Part shown: in pieces, positions 1 through 13,173 of the stretch
Numbering within the stretch: position 1 is the first letter of the stretch
Layout: the number at the start of each line of letters is the position of its first letter
Source: Eledone cirrhosa
Lineage: Eukaryota
Direction of reading: 5' to 3'
NCBI GenBank assembly: GCA_964016885.1
Contig: OZ024748.1
Coordinates: forward strand, 28,272,001-28,336,000
Length of the DNA stretch: 64,000 nucleotides
Notes under the pieces: model-generated
Seen by the model: only the letters and a program-made list of their open reading frames with translations
Told to the model about the DNA's origin: nothing
Databases searched by the model: none
Translations under genes and position numbers: made by a program

Positions 1-37
1 TTATTGATAAACTCACACTCTCTCTCGTGTTATCTTT

Positions 38-68
<31 letters not shown>

Positions 69-1594
69 TATAGATCACCAATGATCATTACCCCGTTATC
101 TTAATTACCATACCTTTATCTAATTAGCCTCTTTCCCCATCTATCACCTCCTAATCACCCCCTCATCTCCCCCATCACCTCACCAGGAACATTGCCCTGT
201 TATAACTGAAACCCCAACCACCACCACAAGTACAATACCACTACTACTACCACTCTACAACCTCTACTACAACCACCACTTCCACTACAACAACCTCTCT
301 ACCACCATCACTACCACTACCACTCTACCACCACCACACTACACCTCACCATCACCTCATCCCACCATTATCACCACACCTTACCACCAATATACCACAC
401 CACAGCCACTGCCCAATTAACTTCCAACCCTTCACAGAACCATCATTAAATGTGTGTGTGTGTGTGTGTGTGTGTGATGCTTCTGTCCCCACTCCCTGCC
501 ATTGACCTGAGTGATGGTATTTATCCTCACACCTTCATACCAACTCTGCCACCCCCCCACTTTTCTGCTGCTACACCACCATCACCACCACCAACATCAT
601 CATATTTACCTTCACTCCAACAACCATCAGCACTAATATTTTCACTACCATAACTTCCACCACCTCAAGCTCATTACTCCCTCTATGCTACCTGACCCTT
701 TCTCTACTATACACCACCACCATTATTAGCCCCACCTCTGTCTCATCGCTGACCCTCATTGTTAATACTCTTCCATCCCACTGTTCCCCCTTTCCTTCCC
801 TGTATGTCTATTAACCCACCACTACCACCACCACAGGCAGCACTGCTGCCTCCAAGGACTTATTTATAAACCTTATTGCCATCTGATTCTGTTTGCAGGC
901 TGTGCTGTAGGGGGAGGGTATAATTATCTTCTACCACCTTGGGGTAGAGATCTGGCTGGAGTGGGGTAGGGGTGGTCTACTGCTACCACTTTGATTTCAA
1001 TGTTCTTGCTCCCTTACAGATAGATCAAGACACATTTACACATCAGGACTCGCACTCACATACACACACTCACATACACACACCCCCTTTACACATTTGT
1101 AACCATTGTAACTTACACCCATTCTGCTTCTCCCCACTATCACTCCCCAGAGATCATAGGTAGAAAAGTGAGTATTTGGTTTATAGCTGCTCTTCACATC
1201 ACTAGGTATCCCTCAACCCTCTCTCCTACCACAAGTTGTTTAAATTTCCTGGACTGACCATCAGCCAGTCCCCATCCACCCTTAGCCAACCACTCTATCT
1301 ACACCACCACTATACCATGACACAACCATCACCACCACCACTACCAGCATCTTCCCACATTTGTAAACTTTTAATGTAAGATGTTGATGTATTTTGAATA
1401 AGCTCATTTTCTTCATTAAGATATATTAATATCTACTTTTCTTTTTCTTATCCTTTCATTGAGTAAAATTATATATGAAGCTAGTTTAAAAACACAAAAT
1501 CCATATATGAGGACATCATCTTTCCTCAAAAACAGATAGTACTCTGCTTTGGTTGAATATCCTCTTCAATATTACAATGAGTCCTATGTTGGTT

Positions 1595-1625
<31 letters not shown>

Positions 1626-1680
1626 AAGAAAGCATGGTTAGAAAACCAGGTGGACCATAATGCACTAGATTACTCGATAC

Positions 1681-1719
<39 letters not shown>

Positions 1720-1725
1720 TAAATG

Positions 1726-1913
1726 TGGATTGGCAGTATCGGTAGAGGGTCGGACGCCATGCTTTGCAGCAAAGAGTTACGGCCCTTTATGGTCTAAGTT
1801 CAAATCCCGCAGGGGTTAACTTTGCCTTTCATCCTCACGAGGTCGATAAAATAAAGTACCAGTAATGCACTGGGATAATTGTCGGCCTTGTGCCAAAAGT
1901 AGAAATAATTATT
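1726..1913 (+). mobile_element. tRNA-derived SINE family A copy
   Basis: A-box-like TGGCAGTATCGG, B-box GTTCAAATCC, conserved core GCCTTTCATCCT-GGTCGATAAAATAAAGTACCAG and (ATT)n tail. Many similar copies in the window. Confidence 0.85.
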
Positions 1914-3106
1914 ATATATATATATATATATACACACACCACAAATACAAAATAACAATATGGAGTTATACGCATGCATATATATATAAATAATAATAAT
2001 AAAAGACAGTTGCTTTAGTCCATCCCTATTTATTTTATTATACATATTTCAAAGATGTATGGCTATTCAGCTCTGTAGCCGGCAAACATATACCGGGGGA
2101 GGGGGGGGGGACCTCGACCCAGGAGATATTATATGTGTGGGGAAAAATATTAAGTTAGTGTTGGCGTTTTTGAACTGGCTTAAGTATGAGATTACTGGAT
2201 TGGTCAAGTAAATAAAAAGAAAACAAGTATGGACTGTAAGTCTATTTTTAAGAACTGGTTAGGGTATCATGTTACCAGATTAAACAATTAGTTCAAAGGA
2301 AAAGATGTATGCATTATAGCCTAATTTATCATTTTATGTTAGAATTTTAGATAGATGTTAAAGTTATAATGAAGAAATATTATATAACTTATTCCATAGT
2401 CTATTTAGTATTATTTACATTTTAACAACAAATTACCTTGATAAAATTGAGTACAGGATATAGATAAAAATAATTACCCCCCCCCCCCCTTTTTTTTTCC
2501 GCATAGAAATAAACAAACAGTAGATATTAACACTAACATGCACATAGTTAATGGCAATTGTATTAATGCGGATAGGTATCCGAAACTAAAACAATAGTCA
2601 GGACAAATCGATATAACTTCTATACAACCAATAAGTTACACAAGAGAGTTAGATCCCACTCCGTTCTGTGGTATAATCCATCACTATCCATTGGAAATAA
2701 GAACTTAGCTAATCTTTTCTTTAAGACACTAGATAAATGTTTTCCTAGATCACATGAATACAGTAAAATCTTTAACCGACACATAATTAAACTTTCCTAC
2801 TCAACTACTAAAAATATGGCCACTGACACTAACTACAAATGGCCATGACAAATCTCCAATTTTCCTTCAGAATCCCCTTGACAATGGATGTGAAATCCAA
2901 AATATAGGGACCAATAAATCCATTCTAAAGTAACTTCATCTCTGGTTTTCATTTCTTTTACATTTCTCTTCCTACTGCCACCTGATTTTGTTACCTTCAG
3001 ATTTATCCATCTGCATTGTAGAGGCTTCCAAAATTAATTGCATCCGTAGGCGGTATTGCCGAATGAGCACTCAATGCTCTTGGGGAGCAGAGTATCAATA
3101 ATAATA

Positions 3107-3207
3107 ATATATAAGGAAATAAAGAATCAGTGTTGCATCATATACATATGTAATATGTAATTAAATATGTATATAATGCAGCACTGATTCTTTGTTCCCT
3201 TATATAT
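3107..3207. repeat. Imperfect fold-back palindrome, arms about 45 bp
   Basis: ATAAGGAAATAAAGAATCAGTGTTGCATCATATACATAT is inverted as ATATGTATATAATGCAGCACTGATTCTTTGTTCCCTTAT. Confidence 0.8.
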
Positions 3208-3782
3208 ATTATATAAGCAAATAGGTAAATAGATATAACAAAGCAAACGCCAGTATAATGAAGAAATATATAAGTTTAATACTTGATATAGTAGGAAAAG
3301 TGTCTTATGTTTTGGACACTAGTCTTTCATCAGAAGATAGGCTGAGAAATAAAAGATGAAATAGAAAGATAGAGTGAAAACAAAGGACAAGAAATTTTTT
3401 TTGAGAAAAAACATGTATCAGTCAGCCATTTTGGATATGCTTCATTGCCTTATAAAATTTCATTAACAATATAACCTTCAACCACTGAACACATTTCCTT
3501 TCCCTTTGAGCTTGCTTTTATCAGATTATTGGTTCTAATTAATGCCTCTGAAGATGTACTGCAATCACTGAAACTTAACTATGTTCAATGTATATTTTAT
3601 ATTTTATTTTATATCATCCTCACATTAGTACGAATTGACAGGTGTATTGAAACAATTGAAAAGTAATAAATGTTTTAAGAAATCTATTCCATCATCTAAA
3701 TTTGTTTATATATTTATATATGTCTACCAATCTATCTATTAACCTCTCCTTAATTATCTCTCTATCTTTCTATCTCTTCCAG

Positions 3783-4427
3783 TGGAGACAGAAGAACAGG
3801 CAGAACTGAGTACAACAGACAATGTAAAGTCAAAGGGATCTACGGCAACAACGCTACCTAGCAACGGCTTTCATGACAACAGCAGCCACAATCCTACAAG
3901 TGTCTTAGAAGATAGTGGAGGAGATGATGGAGCGGAAGCGGACAGCAGCAACAATAACAACAACAAAGATGGTAATGATAAAACAAAGAGGCAGGGGGAA
4001 GAGGAAAAGGAGGAGGAGGAAGAGGCAGAGGGGGGTGTTGATTCTCTAAATACCAATGCTACCACCACCACCACCACCACTACTACTACTACTACTACAG
4101 CCGCAGCAAGCAGCAGCACGACAACCCCTAGTAACACAGCAGCAGCATCACCATCATCACCATTAACAACAACAACAACAGCGGCAGCAGAAACAGCTAA
4201 CACAACAACAGCAACACCTACAAACACAACAGTTGACACTAACACATCCTCCACCACCATCACAACTATTGGTAGTACTACTGTTTCTACTAGTATTACT
4301 ACTACTACTACTACTATCAGTAGCGAAGGTGTGAATACAAATGACACTGTTGGAACAGTGGCACCAGAAGATGGCACCAGTAAAGATGGTTCCAATGAGA
4401 CTATCACACAACCAACTGTTGTCAATC
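3783..4427 (+). CDS. zfh1: Probable ZEB/zfh1 N-terminal internal exon (acidic, Thr/Asn-rich low complexity)
   Basis: Pyrimidine tract plus AG at 3781-3782 and a strong donor C|GTGAGT at 4428. The 645-nt frame is open, phase 1 in and phase 1 out, matching the next exon. There is no conserved domain, so assignment rests on splice logic. Confidence 0.65.
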
Positions 4428-4467
4428 GTGAGTACCCACTATCATTATTATTATCATTATTATTAAT

Positions 4468-4885
4468 TAGGGCGGTGGATTGGCAGTATCGGTGGAGGCT
4501 CGGACGCCATGCTTTCCAGCATAGTTACGTCCCTTTACGATCCGAGTTCAAATCCCGCCGAGGTTGACTTTGCCTTTCATCCTTACGGGGTCGATAAAAT
4601 AAAAGTACCAGTAATGCACTGGGTAATTGCTGGCCTTGTGCCTAAAGTAGAAACAATTATTATTAATTAAATAGATGCTGTGTCAGACATCTTGCTTTGT
4701 GGCATATAGCTACGGCTCTTTACATTCTGAGTTCAAATCCCACTAAGGTTAACTTTGCCTTTCATCCTTACGGGGTTGATAAAATAAAGTACCAGTAATG
4801 TACTGGGGGTCGATTTAATCAACTTTTCACTCCCCCCAAATTGTTGGCCTTGTGCCTAAATCAGAAACCATTATTATTATTATTA
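4468..4885 (+). mobile_element. Two tandem SINE family A copies
   Basis: Same head, B box, core and (ATT)n tail as the copy at 1726. Confidence 0.85.
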
Positions 4886-5291
4886 TTTATGTGAATGCAA
4901 TCTAAGAAGCAACTAAAAGGTTTGGTGTCATCAATATAACTTGAAAAACATCATCATCATCATTTTACAGGGATTGTACAGGTCATCACAGACCAAGTCA
5001 TTTCTTAATCAGAGTTACAGTCCTTTCACTGATGTCTCAGGAGCCTATATCTCCATGGCAGGATGCACTTCCTATCACCACAGCCACATTAGATTGTGTA
5101 CAGGGCGTGTTTCATTATGGCTAAAGAGGTTGTCACGTCCTTGACACAAGGAAAAAGTCCTCTCAAGGGGAGATAATTCTAAAAAATTAAGAATTAATTT
5201 CTTGAAATTAATTTACATGCTTAGGAGAAAATTTGACTTTTGTTTGTTGACAAGAGTGGTCAAAAATTCCTACATATAGAAAACAATTATA

Positions 5292-6312
5292 TCATTATCT
5301 ATAAAAGGCAGATTGTGTGTGTGTGTGTGCATGTTCCATGTTTATACATTTGCACAATTTCAAACCGATTCGACTCAAAGTCTGTAAGAATGTTGTAAAT
5401 GGTCTAACTTAGGTCAACGACTATTTATTTATTTCAAACTCACCCACAATTACGGAAATAATTGATAAAACTAAATACATGACGCTTTACCCCTCTAATA
5501 CAATCTGATTTACTCTCTCTACTCTCCTTAAAATTCGATAAAACTACATATATGCTGCAACTTTCTCTTATATACGCTTAAACTTACAAACTTCCTTTAG
5601 GAACACCGAAGAAATGGAGAGAGAGAGAGAGCGTTTGTTTTTGAGTGTGGAACGGTCAAATATTTATTTACTTCAATGACAAAGAGAACTTATTACATTT
5701 CATACCAAACAACAATTATTCAAAAGCAACAGATAAATTTATTCAACAACAAAAACAATAGCGATAAATCTTTTTTAAAACATCTCTCAACGAACGTGGA
5801 AGAAAGAAGTATCAGTTTATTTACTATACACAATAATATCCTCTATGAGGTCACTAAACCTGCTAGAAACAGCAGCTAACTCTCCCCCATATCACACCCT
5901 CCCTACTGTCTTAAATTTAGAAAACATATCCTCTATGAGGTCACTAAACCTGCTAGAAACAGCAGCTAACTCTCCCCCATACCACACCCTCCCTACTGTC
6001 TTAAATTTAGAAAACACATTAGACAACCATGCAGAACAACTCCATCGCAGCTCTGTTGTTTGGCTGGCATCATCTACGCGCGTGTTGCACAAGTACTGTG
6101 AAACAATAAATTTCAACACTTCTTTGCACAGAGATAATGTCCATAGGCAAAACTACAATTGTCACTGCTGGCGCAGCTCCTGCTTGGGCAGTCCAGGTCT
6201 GCAATTCATTCACCCAGTGCCTGGCAGACAAAAAAGTGCTGCCATAAAATGGGTGGTGCAACCTAACTTTGGTAACTTACTGACCCCGAGCAACGCCAGG
6301 CTTTAATGCTAG
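5292..6312 (+). mobile_element. Putative non-autonomous Helitron-like element with internal 90-bp tandem duplication
   Basis: 5' TC...TCTATAAAAGGC followed by a (GT)n tract. 3' GC-rich imperfect hairpin CCCGAGCAACGCCAGG followed by CTAG|T. Duplicated units at 5836-5925 and 5926-6015. Confidence 0.55.
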
Positions 6313-6745
6313 TATAACATAAATTGAATGAAGGGAACTATCTCAAATGTGCCAATGGCATGAATAAGTTATGATGAACTGAACTCTCAATATAAACAGC
6401 TTGTTATTGTATTATGTCAAGTATTAATGAATTTAAAATCTTATTTAGCTGTCTCTTTTTATGTTTCAATATTCAACACCATAGTGAATGCTAGGGGTTG
6501 TTTGATGATGGCTTATGTGTGGTGGGAGAGAGCCAGGAAATTAGTGTCATTTTGCCTGACTGTTGTTGATTGTCAGCCTCATTTGATCCTTCAATTAATG
6601 TTATCAGCTGGACATCTAATTGGTCCTTTGTTGAGTGGGATTGATGGTCAGGTGCTACTATTCCCCCCCCCCCCCCTATATATATATATATTTCATAAAA
6701 TAAAAAAAAATTTTTTTAATTTCTGCTCTACATGGCTGAATACAA

Positions 6746-6973
6746 TAAATGTAATCTGAGTTTTTCGAATATTAATAATAATATTCGATTCGTTTGCAAT
6801 TATGCAAACAGCCTTGTTTTTAAAGCCGTGTCAGTAGAATGTTTACATGCCAACACAAGAGCAAGAAATGAGGGGCTCATTTTACTGACATGGCTTTAAA
6901 AAAGAGGCTGTTTGCATAATTACAAACGAATCGAATATTATTATTAATATTCGAAAAACTCGGATTACATTTA
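6746..6973. repeat. Long inverted repeat, arms about 95 bp, spacer about 37 bp
   Basis: TAAATGTAATCTGAGTTTTTCGAATATT...GTCAGTAGAATG is mirrored by CATTTTACTGAC...AATATTCGAAAAACTCGGATTACATTTA. Confidence 0.9.
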
Positions 6974-7070
6974 TGATGATGATGATGATGATGATGATGA
7001 AAAGAATAATAAAATATATATATATATATATATATAATACATATATATATATATATATATATAATCATAA

Positions 7071-7271
7071 TTTCATTTTACGTCCGCTTTTCCCTGCTTG
7101 CAAGGGTGGGATGGGAACTGATTCTGGCATGATTTCTACAGCTGGATGCCCTTCCTAGCACCAACCTCATTTACAGTGAGTGCTGGGTGCTCTTTTGCCG
7201 TGGCACCTCCACGACCACTTTGCAGTGGAATGATAGGGACCCTAGTCCCTATCATCTCATTTCTACAGCTG
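7071..7271 (-). mobile_element. SINE family B, 3' portion only
   Basis: Nearly identical to the 3' half of the copies at 20065-20413 and 27523-27862. Confidence 0.85.
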
Positions 7272-7344
7272 TATATATATATATATATATATGTATACAC
7301 ACACACATATATACGTATATATATCAGCATTATCATTATCATTT

Positions 7345-8726
7345 AACATCAGATATCTCTGCTAAGCGCATGGAGAAGATGGAGTGACATCAGAGGTGAT
7401 GAAGAGGTGTGATTTTGATGATATCATCCTGGAGTTCTGTAACCAGGAACCGGAGAAAGGAGTTACCCCGGGTCAGTGGAGGATCGATAACATCGTCCCA
7501 GTACCAAAGAAGGGAGATCTCTCTAACACCAAAAACTACAGCGGCATCTCACTGGCATCACTTGTAGCAAAGGCTCTTAACCGGATCCAGCTTGAGATGG
7601 AGAAGAAGCTCAGGGATAACCAGAACGACTTCAGAGAGGGAAGATCAATCACCAGTCACATCCTGATGCTGAGGATTCAAGAGGGTGCTAGAGCAAAGCG
7701 CCTGCCTGGGGAAGATCTTACAGGCTTGTGGAATCTCCAAGAAAATAGTGAACCTGATATCACTGTTCTACACCAACACCAGCGCCCAAGTCATCATACC
7801 TGACGGGAAGAGTTCTTTGAGATACTGGCTGGAGTGCTCCAGAGGATACACTGGCTCCCTACCTTTTTATCATCGCAGTGGACTATTTATGTGCCTTATA
7901 CTGGAGAAACACCAGGACTGTGGCTTTACTGTAGCACTGGCTCAGAGCAGGAGAGTTAAGGCTAAAAAGGTGCTGAATTTGCTGACGACATAGTTCTGGT
8001 GACAAACACAGTGAAGGGGGTAGAGGAGTGGATGCAAGAAGTAAAGACTGTGTCAAGGTGTGTGGGGCTGAGAATGAATGAGAGTAAGATGAAGTATCTG
8101 GTGGAGAAAATTAAGGAGCCAGAGATTATGAATGTGGGCTCCCACTAGAGTTGGTTGAGGACTTCCTGTATATGGGAGCAAAGATTAGGAACACAGAGAA
8201 TGATGTGGTGGAGAGAAAGAACAAAGCCTGAGTGGTGTGTCAGTTTGAGGTCGGTGTGGAAGTTGGAGCTTCGTAAAAACCTGAATTATCGTCTTTTTGT
8301 TGCTATAGTGAAGTCTGTGCTACTGTACGGGTCTCAAATTTGGACTCTTACCAAGAGACACACTCAGATGCTGGATGGCTGCTATATGAGGATGGCTCTG
8401 AACATTAACCAGCACACACTGAGGATGAAGAACTCAGAGCTGTATGGGAGCCTTCCAAAAGTCAACTCAAAAGTGACACAGAGGAGACTGAGGTTAGCTG
8501 GACATGCTCATCGACATTCAGAGCTGACACTACACTCAGTGGTTCTGTGGGAGCCTCTACACTGACACTGGAAGAGTGAGACCAAGGATGACATATGTCA
8601 ATACCCTAAGGACAGACTCTGGTCTCTGGGATTTGTGGGACATAGTGATGATGATGAAGGACAGAGACTGTTGGAGAAAACTCATCCATGGATCTCAGAG
8701 ATTTTACCTGCCCTAGATAGATAGAT
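7345..8726 (+). mobile_element. Degenerate 5'-truncated RTE-clade LINE (reverse transcriptase remnants)
   Basis: Frameshifted RT peptides IVPVPKKGDLSNTKNYSGISL, QNDFREGRS, FADD (about 7979-7990), VLLYGSQIWTLTK and RRLRLAGH, followed by a (TAGA)n tail. Confidence 0.85.
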
Positions 8727-9179
8727 TTCCTGCTAGCAAGTGTTGGACAGGTCTACTACTGAAGCCTGGTGTATATATGTAAGAATATGACCTCCCATGT
8801 GTGTGTTATTGTACCAAGTCAAATTTGATTGAGCAGACCAGTTATCAAAGTTATCTGCATTGTGTATCTAAGACTACAATCTCCTCCGATGTGTCTTTTC
8901 TTTTTCTTCAAGACAGTAAAGTGTGATTTGAGGCAGATTCAGCTGCAATTTGTAACGTGTTGAGACACCACACTGAGGATCTTTCATTGAATCATGAGTG
9001 ATGTTGATTGGTTGTGTTTTTGTTTGTGTAGTAGTAGTAGTAGTAGTAGTAGTATATACAGCACAGTAATGTACAGTACTTAGCCTTTTTGCCAAAATGT
9101 GTGTGCAGGCAGGTGTGTGTAAGTGAAATATAAAATTATTTTCAATACACATAGTTGACATGAGCTTTACATATGAGTG

Positions 9180-9245
<66 letters not shown>

Positions 9246-10069
9246 ACAACAAAAATACTTAGGTTTTGATACACACACACACACAAACACCTGTGAGTTA
9301 TCTAATATTCTGTGTATTTTTGAACATGTATATATGTGTGTGTGTATATATACATATATATATATTTATATATATATATAATCACTCACATATACATGTA
9401 TACACAGGTATACTTACAACTACATACACACACATTTGCATGACTATACCAAAGTGGGTGTATGTTACCATTGTACTTTGTATGTATGTGTGTGTGTGTG
9501 TGACACAAAAGCTTGAGTGCTACTTCAAAGTGTTTAACACTGATTGGTGTATTCACCTATTGTTTAACATCATCCTCTTTTACCCCCTCTCCACCTTTCT
9601 CTATATATGTCTGTCTGTTTGTGTGTGTCTCTGTCTCTGTATGTGTGTGTCTGTCTATCTTTCTGTAGCTCCACATGCATTTAGCTTACACTTACATATA
9701 CACGTATGCCTACATATACACAATACACTCACATATACCTACATATACAGACCAATACACTTACATATACACATATACCTATATATATATACACCAATAC
9801 ATTCACATATACACATATACCTACATATATATATATACACACACCAATACATTCACACACTTCCTGTCATTAGAGAAAAACTCCATATTGTAATCTAATG
9901 GCACTTGAAGTTAACTGACCTGACACACACACCACACACACACACACCACACACCACACACGCACCACACACCACACACACACGGTAGACACACGCACCA
10001 CACACATATAACAAACATACATGGCAGACACTCACACACACCTGTCTGATGAGTGACAAACATTGATAA

Positions 10070-11545
10070 GTGGTGACTGACTGGCAGACGAGTGGTGACT
10101 GACTGGCAGATGAGTGGGGACTGACAGACAGACGAGTGGGGACTGACATAGACGAGTGGGGACTGACAGACAGACGAGTGGGGACTGACAGACAGACGAG
10201 TGGGGACTGACAGACAGACGACTGGGGACTGACAGACAGACGAGTGGGGACTGACTGACCGACAGACGAGTGGGGACTGACTGACAGACGAGTGGGGACT
10301 GACAGACAGACGAGTGGGGACTGACTGACAGACGAGTGGGGACTGACTGACAGACGAGTGGGGACTGACAGACAGACGAGTGGGGACTGACAGACAGACG
10401 AGTGGGGACTGACAGACAGACGAGTGGGGACTGACAGACAGACGAGTGGGGACTGACAGACAGACGAGTGGGGACTGACAGACAGACGAGTGGGGACTGA
10501 CAGACAGACGAGTGGGGACTGACAGACATGAGTGGGGACTGACAGACATGAGTGGGGACTGACAGACATGAGTGGGGACTGACTGACAGACGAGTGGGGA
10601 CTGACTGACAGACGAGTGGGGACTGACTGACAGACGAGTGGGGACTGACTGACAGACGAGTGGGGACTGACTGACAGACGAGTGGGGACTGACTGACAGA
10701 CGAGTGGGGGCTGACAGACAGACGAGTGGGGGCTGACAGACAGACGAGTGGGGGCTGACAGACAGACGAGTGGGGGCTGACAGACAGACGAGTGGGGGCT
10801 GACAGACAGACGAGTGGTGGCTGACTGACAGACGAGTGGTGGCTGACTGAGAGACGAGTGGTGGCTGACTGACAGACGAGCGGTGGCTGACTGACAGACG
10901 AGCGGTTGCTGACTGACAGACGAGCGGTGGCTGACTGACAGACGAGCGGTGGCTGACTGACAGACGAGTGGGGGCTGACAGACAGACGTGTGGTGGCTGA
11001 CTGACAGACGTGTGGTGACTGACTGACAGACGAGTGGTGGCTGACTGACAGACGAGTGGTGGCTGACAGACAGACGAGTGGTGGCTGACTGACAGACGAG
11101 TGGTGGCTGACTGACAGACGAGTGGTGGCTGACTGACAGACGAGTGGTGGCTGACTGACAGACGAGTGGTGGCTGACTGACAGACGAGTGGTGGCTGACT
11201 GACAGACGAGTGGTGGCTGACTGACAGACGAGTGGTGGCTGACTGACAGACGAGTGGTGGCTGACTGACAGACGAGTGGTGGCTGACTGACAGACGAGTG
11301 GTGGCTGACTGACAGACGAGTGGTGGCTGACTGACAGACGAGTGGTGGCTGACTGACAGACGAGTGGTGGCTGACTGACAGACGAGTGGTGGCTGACTGA
11401 CAGACGAGTGGTGGCTGACTGACAGACGAGTGGGGCTGACAGGCAGACGAGTGTGGACAGAGAGACAAGTGGGGACTGGCAGACAGACGAGTGGGGACTG
11501 ACTGACAGACGAGTGGTGACGGACTGATAGGTGAGTGGGGACTGA
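10070..11545. repeat. 22-bp minisatellite, about 65 units (GAGTGGGGACTGACAGACAGAC / GAGTGGTGGCTGACTGACAGAC)
   Basis: Periodicity is directly visible. The long minus-strand ORFs here are repeat artefacts. Confidence 0.97.
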
Positions 11546-12928
11546 TCAACTAACTGGTAGACAGACACATTAAACAAGACACTCAGGTGACTGATCAACT
11601 GACTGACAGACACATTGGTATGTTAGACTGGGGTTAAAACATTATCTGATGTAGGACTCACTAAGAAATGTGTGTGTTAAATATGTTTTATAAGAGGTGC
11701 CAAATAGTTATACCACTAAACGAGCTAAAAGAGCAATAAGTTACGCACACACACATCAATAAATGCATACACATAAACACATACATAAATACACACACAA
11801 GTTAGTCCTGTTACTGTGGAGGCAGTATATTGACAAGTTCAACTGTTAAAATACAGGTGGAACTCCAGAGGGGAGTCAACATGTAAAATAGATTTGAAAA
11901 TGGTGATAATGATGAGGATATTGAGTACTCATTTTTTTTTTGTTCGTTAATCTTAAATGTTTGTGTGTATGTATATTCTGACCACAACATCTCTGGACAC
12001 CAGATTATACATGAATATTTCAACACACACACACACACACATACCCATATAAAAATACACACATTCACCTTCACACATATACACACAAAATCTCACACAG
12101 ATACACACAAAATCTTTCCGCTACTTACAATACACATATCCACAAACACACATGTGGATACATGCATACACACACTCTTCTGATACACACGTGAAAATAC
12201 ACACACAAACACGCACACAAATAAACACACTCACATACATAGAAACAATACAAAAAGGTCACACCCATAAACATGCATAGAAAGCCATCCCTCTACAGAT
12301 AATACAAAGCTTCCAACACACACAGAGACACATACACGCGTTCATCCGACACATGTGAAAATACACACACACAGAAATGTGCACACTCACATACATAGAA
12401 ATAATAGAAAAATGTTGCATACACACACTCACACACATGCACAAAAAAACAAAGAACTCACAGACATACAGTCTGAAGCAATGCACACCTACTAATTTCA
12501 CCCCTTCGGCACACACACAACCATGGCACACCTGGACCTTCCAACTTTGGTCATCACTCCCAAATGTCAGATGTCTTGCCTACCACCCCCAACCTATCAA
12601 TTTCCTCATAACACCCTTTTCTTAATGTTCTTCTCTAACTTTCACATACTACTTTCTCGTACCTACCTATACTCTCCTTATCCAAATTTTTCTGACGAAG
12701 GACTTCCGTCGGAAACTTAGAACTCTCCTCCATTACCTCTAAGTGTGAAACTAATATGACTTTGTATTTTTTTATCCCTGTATTTATTTTGTTTCATTTA
12801 TCAACTATACATTTAGAGTCGAGCTAGATCAATACAGATTGAACCAATAGCGAAACGCGCGTCACTACTGAATAAACATAATGAAGACATAACAAATTGT
12901 CCTTTTTATTATTATTATTATTATTATT

Positions 12929-13173
12929 AGGGCGGTGGTTTGGTAGAGCGTCAGACACCATGCTTTGCAACAGAGTTATGACCCTTTACGTTCTGAGTTC
13001 ATCTTACATTACCTATTGAGTACGCTGAGATACAACCAGTCCTGGCATTGATGAATATGCTGGGTCCGTCAACCGGGATTAACTTTGCCTTTCATCCTTA
13101 CAGGGTTGATAAAATAAAGTTCCAGTAATGCACTAGGTAATTGCTGGCCTTGTGCCAAAAAGTAGAAACAATT
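12929..13173 (+). mobile_element. SINE family A copy interrupted by an unrelated insert
   Basis: Head at about 12929-13000, core and tail at about 13078-13173. Confidence 0.7.

Noticed and set aside
3871-4425. Val-rich 184-aa minus-strand ORF
   Set aside because: It is the antisense shadow of the Thr-rich exon.
9895-11613. 572-aa and 505-aa repetitive ORFs
   Set aside because: Translations of the 22-bp minisatellite. The unit is not a multiple of three and there is no splice or domain support.
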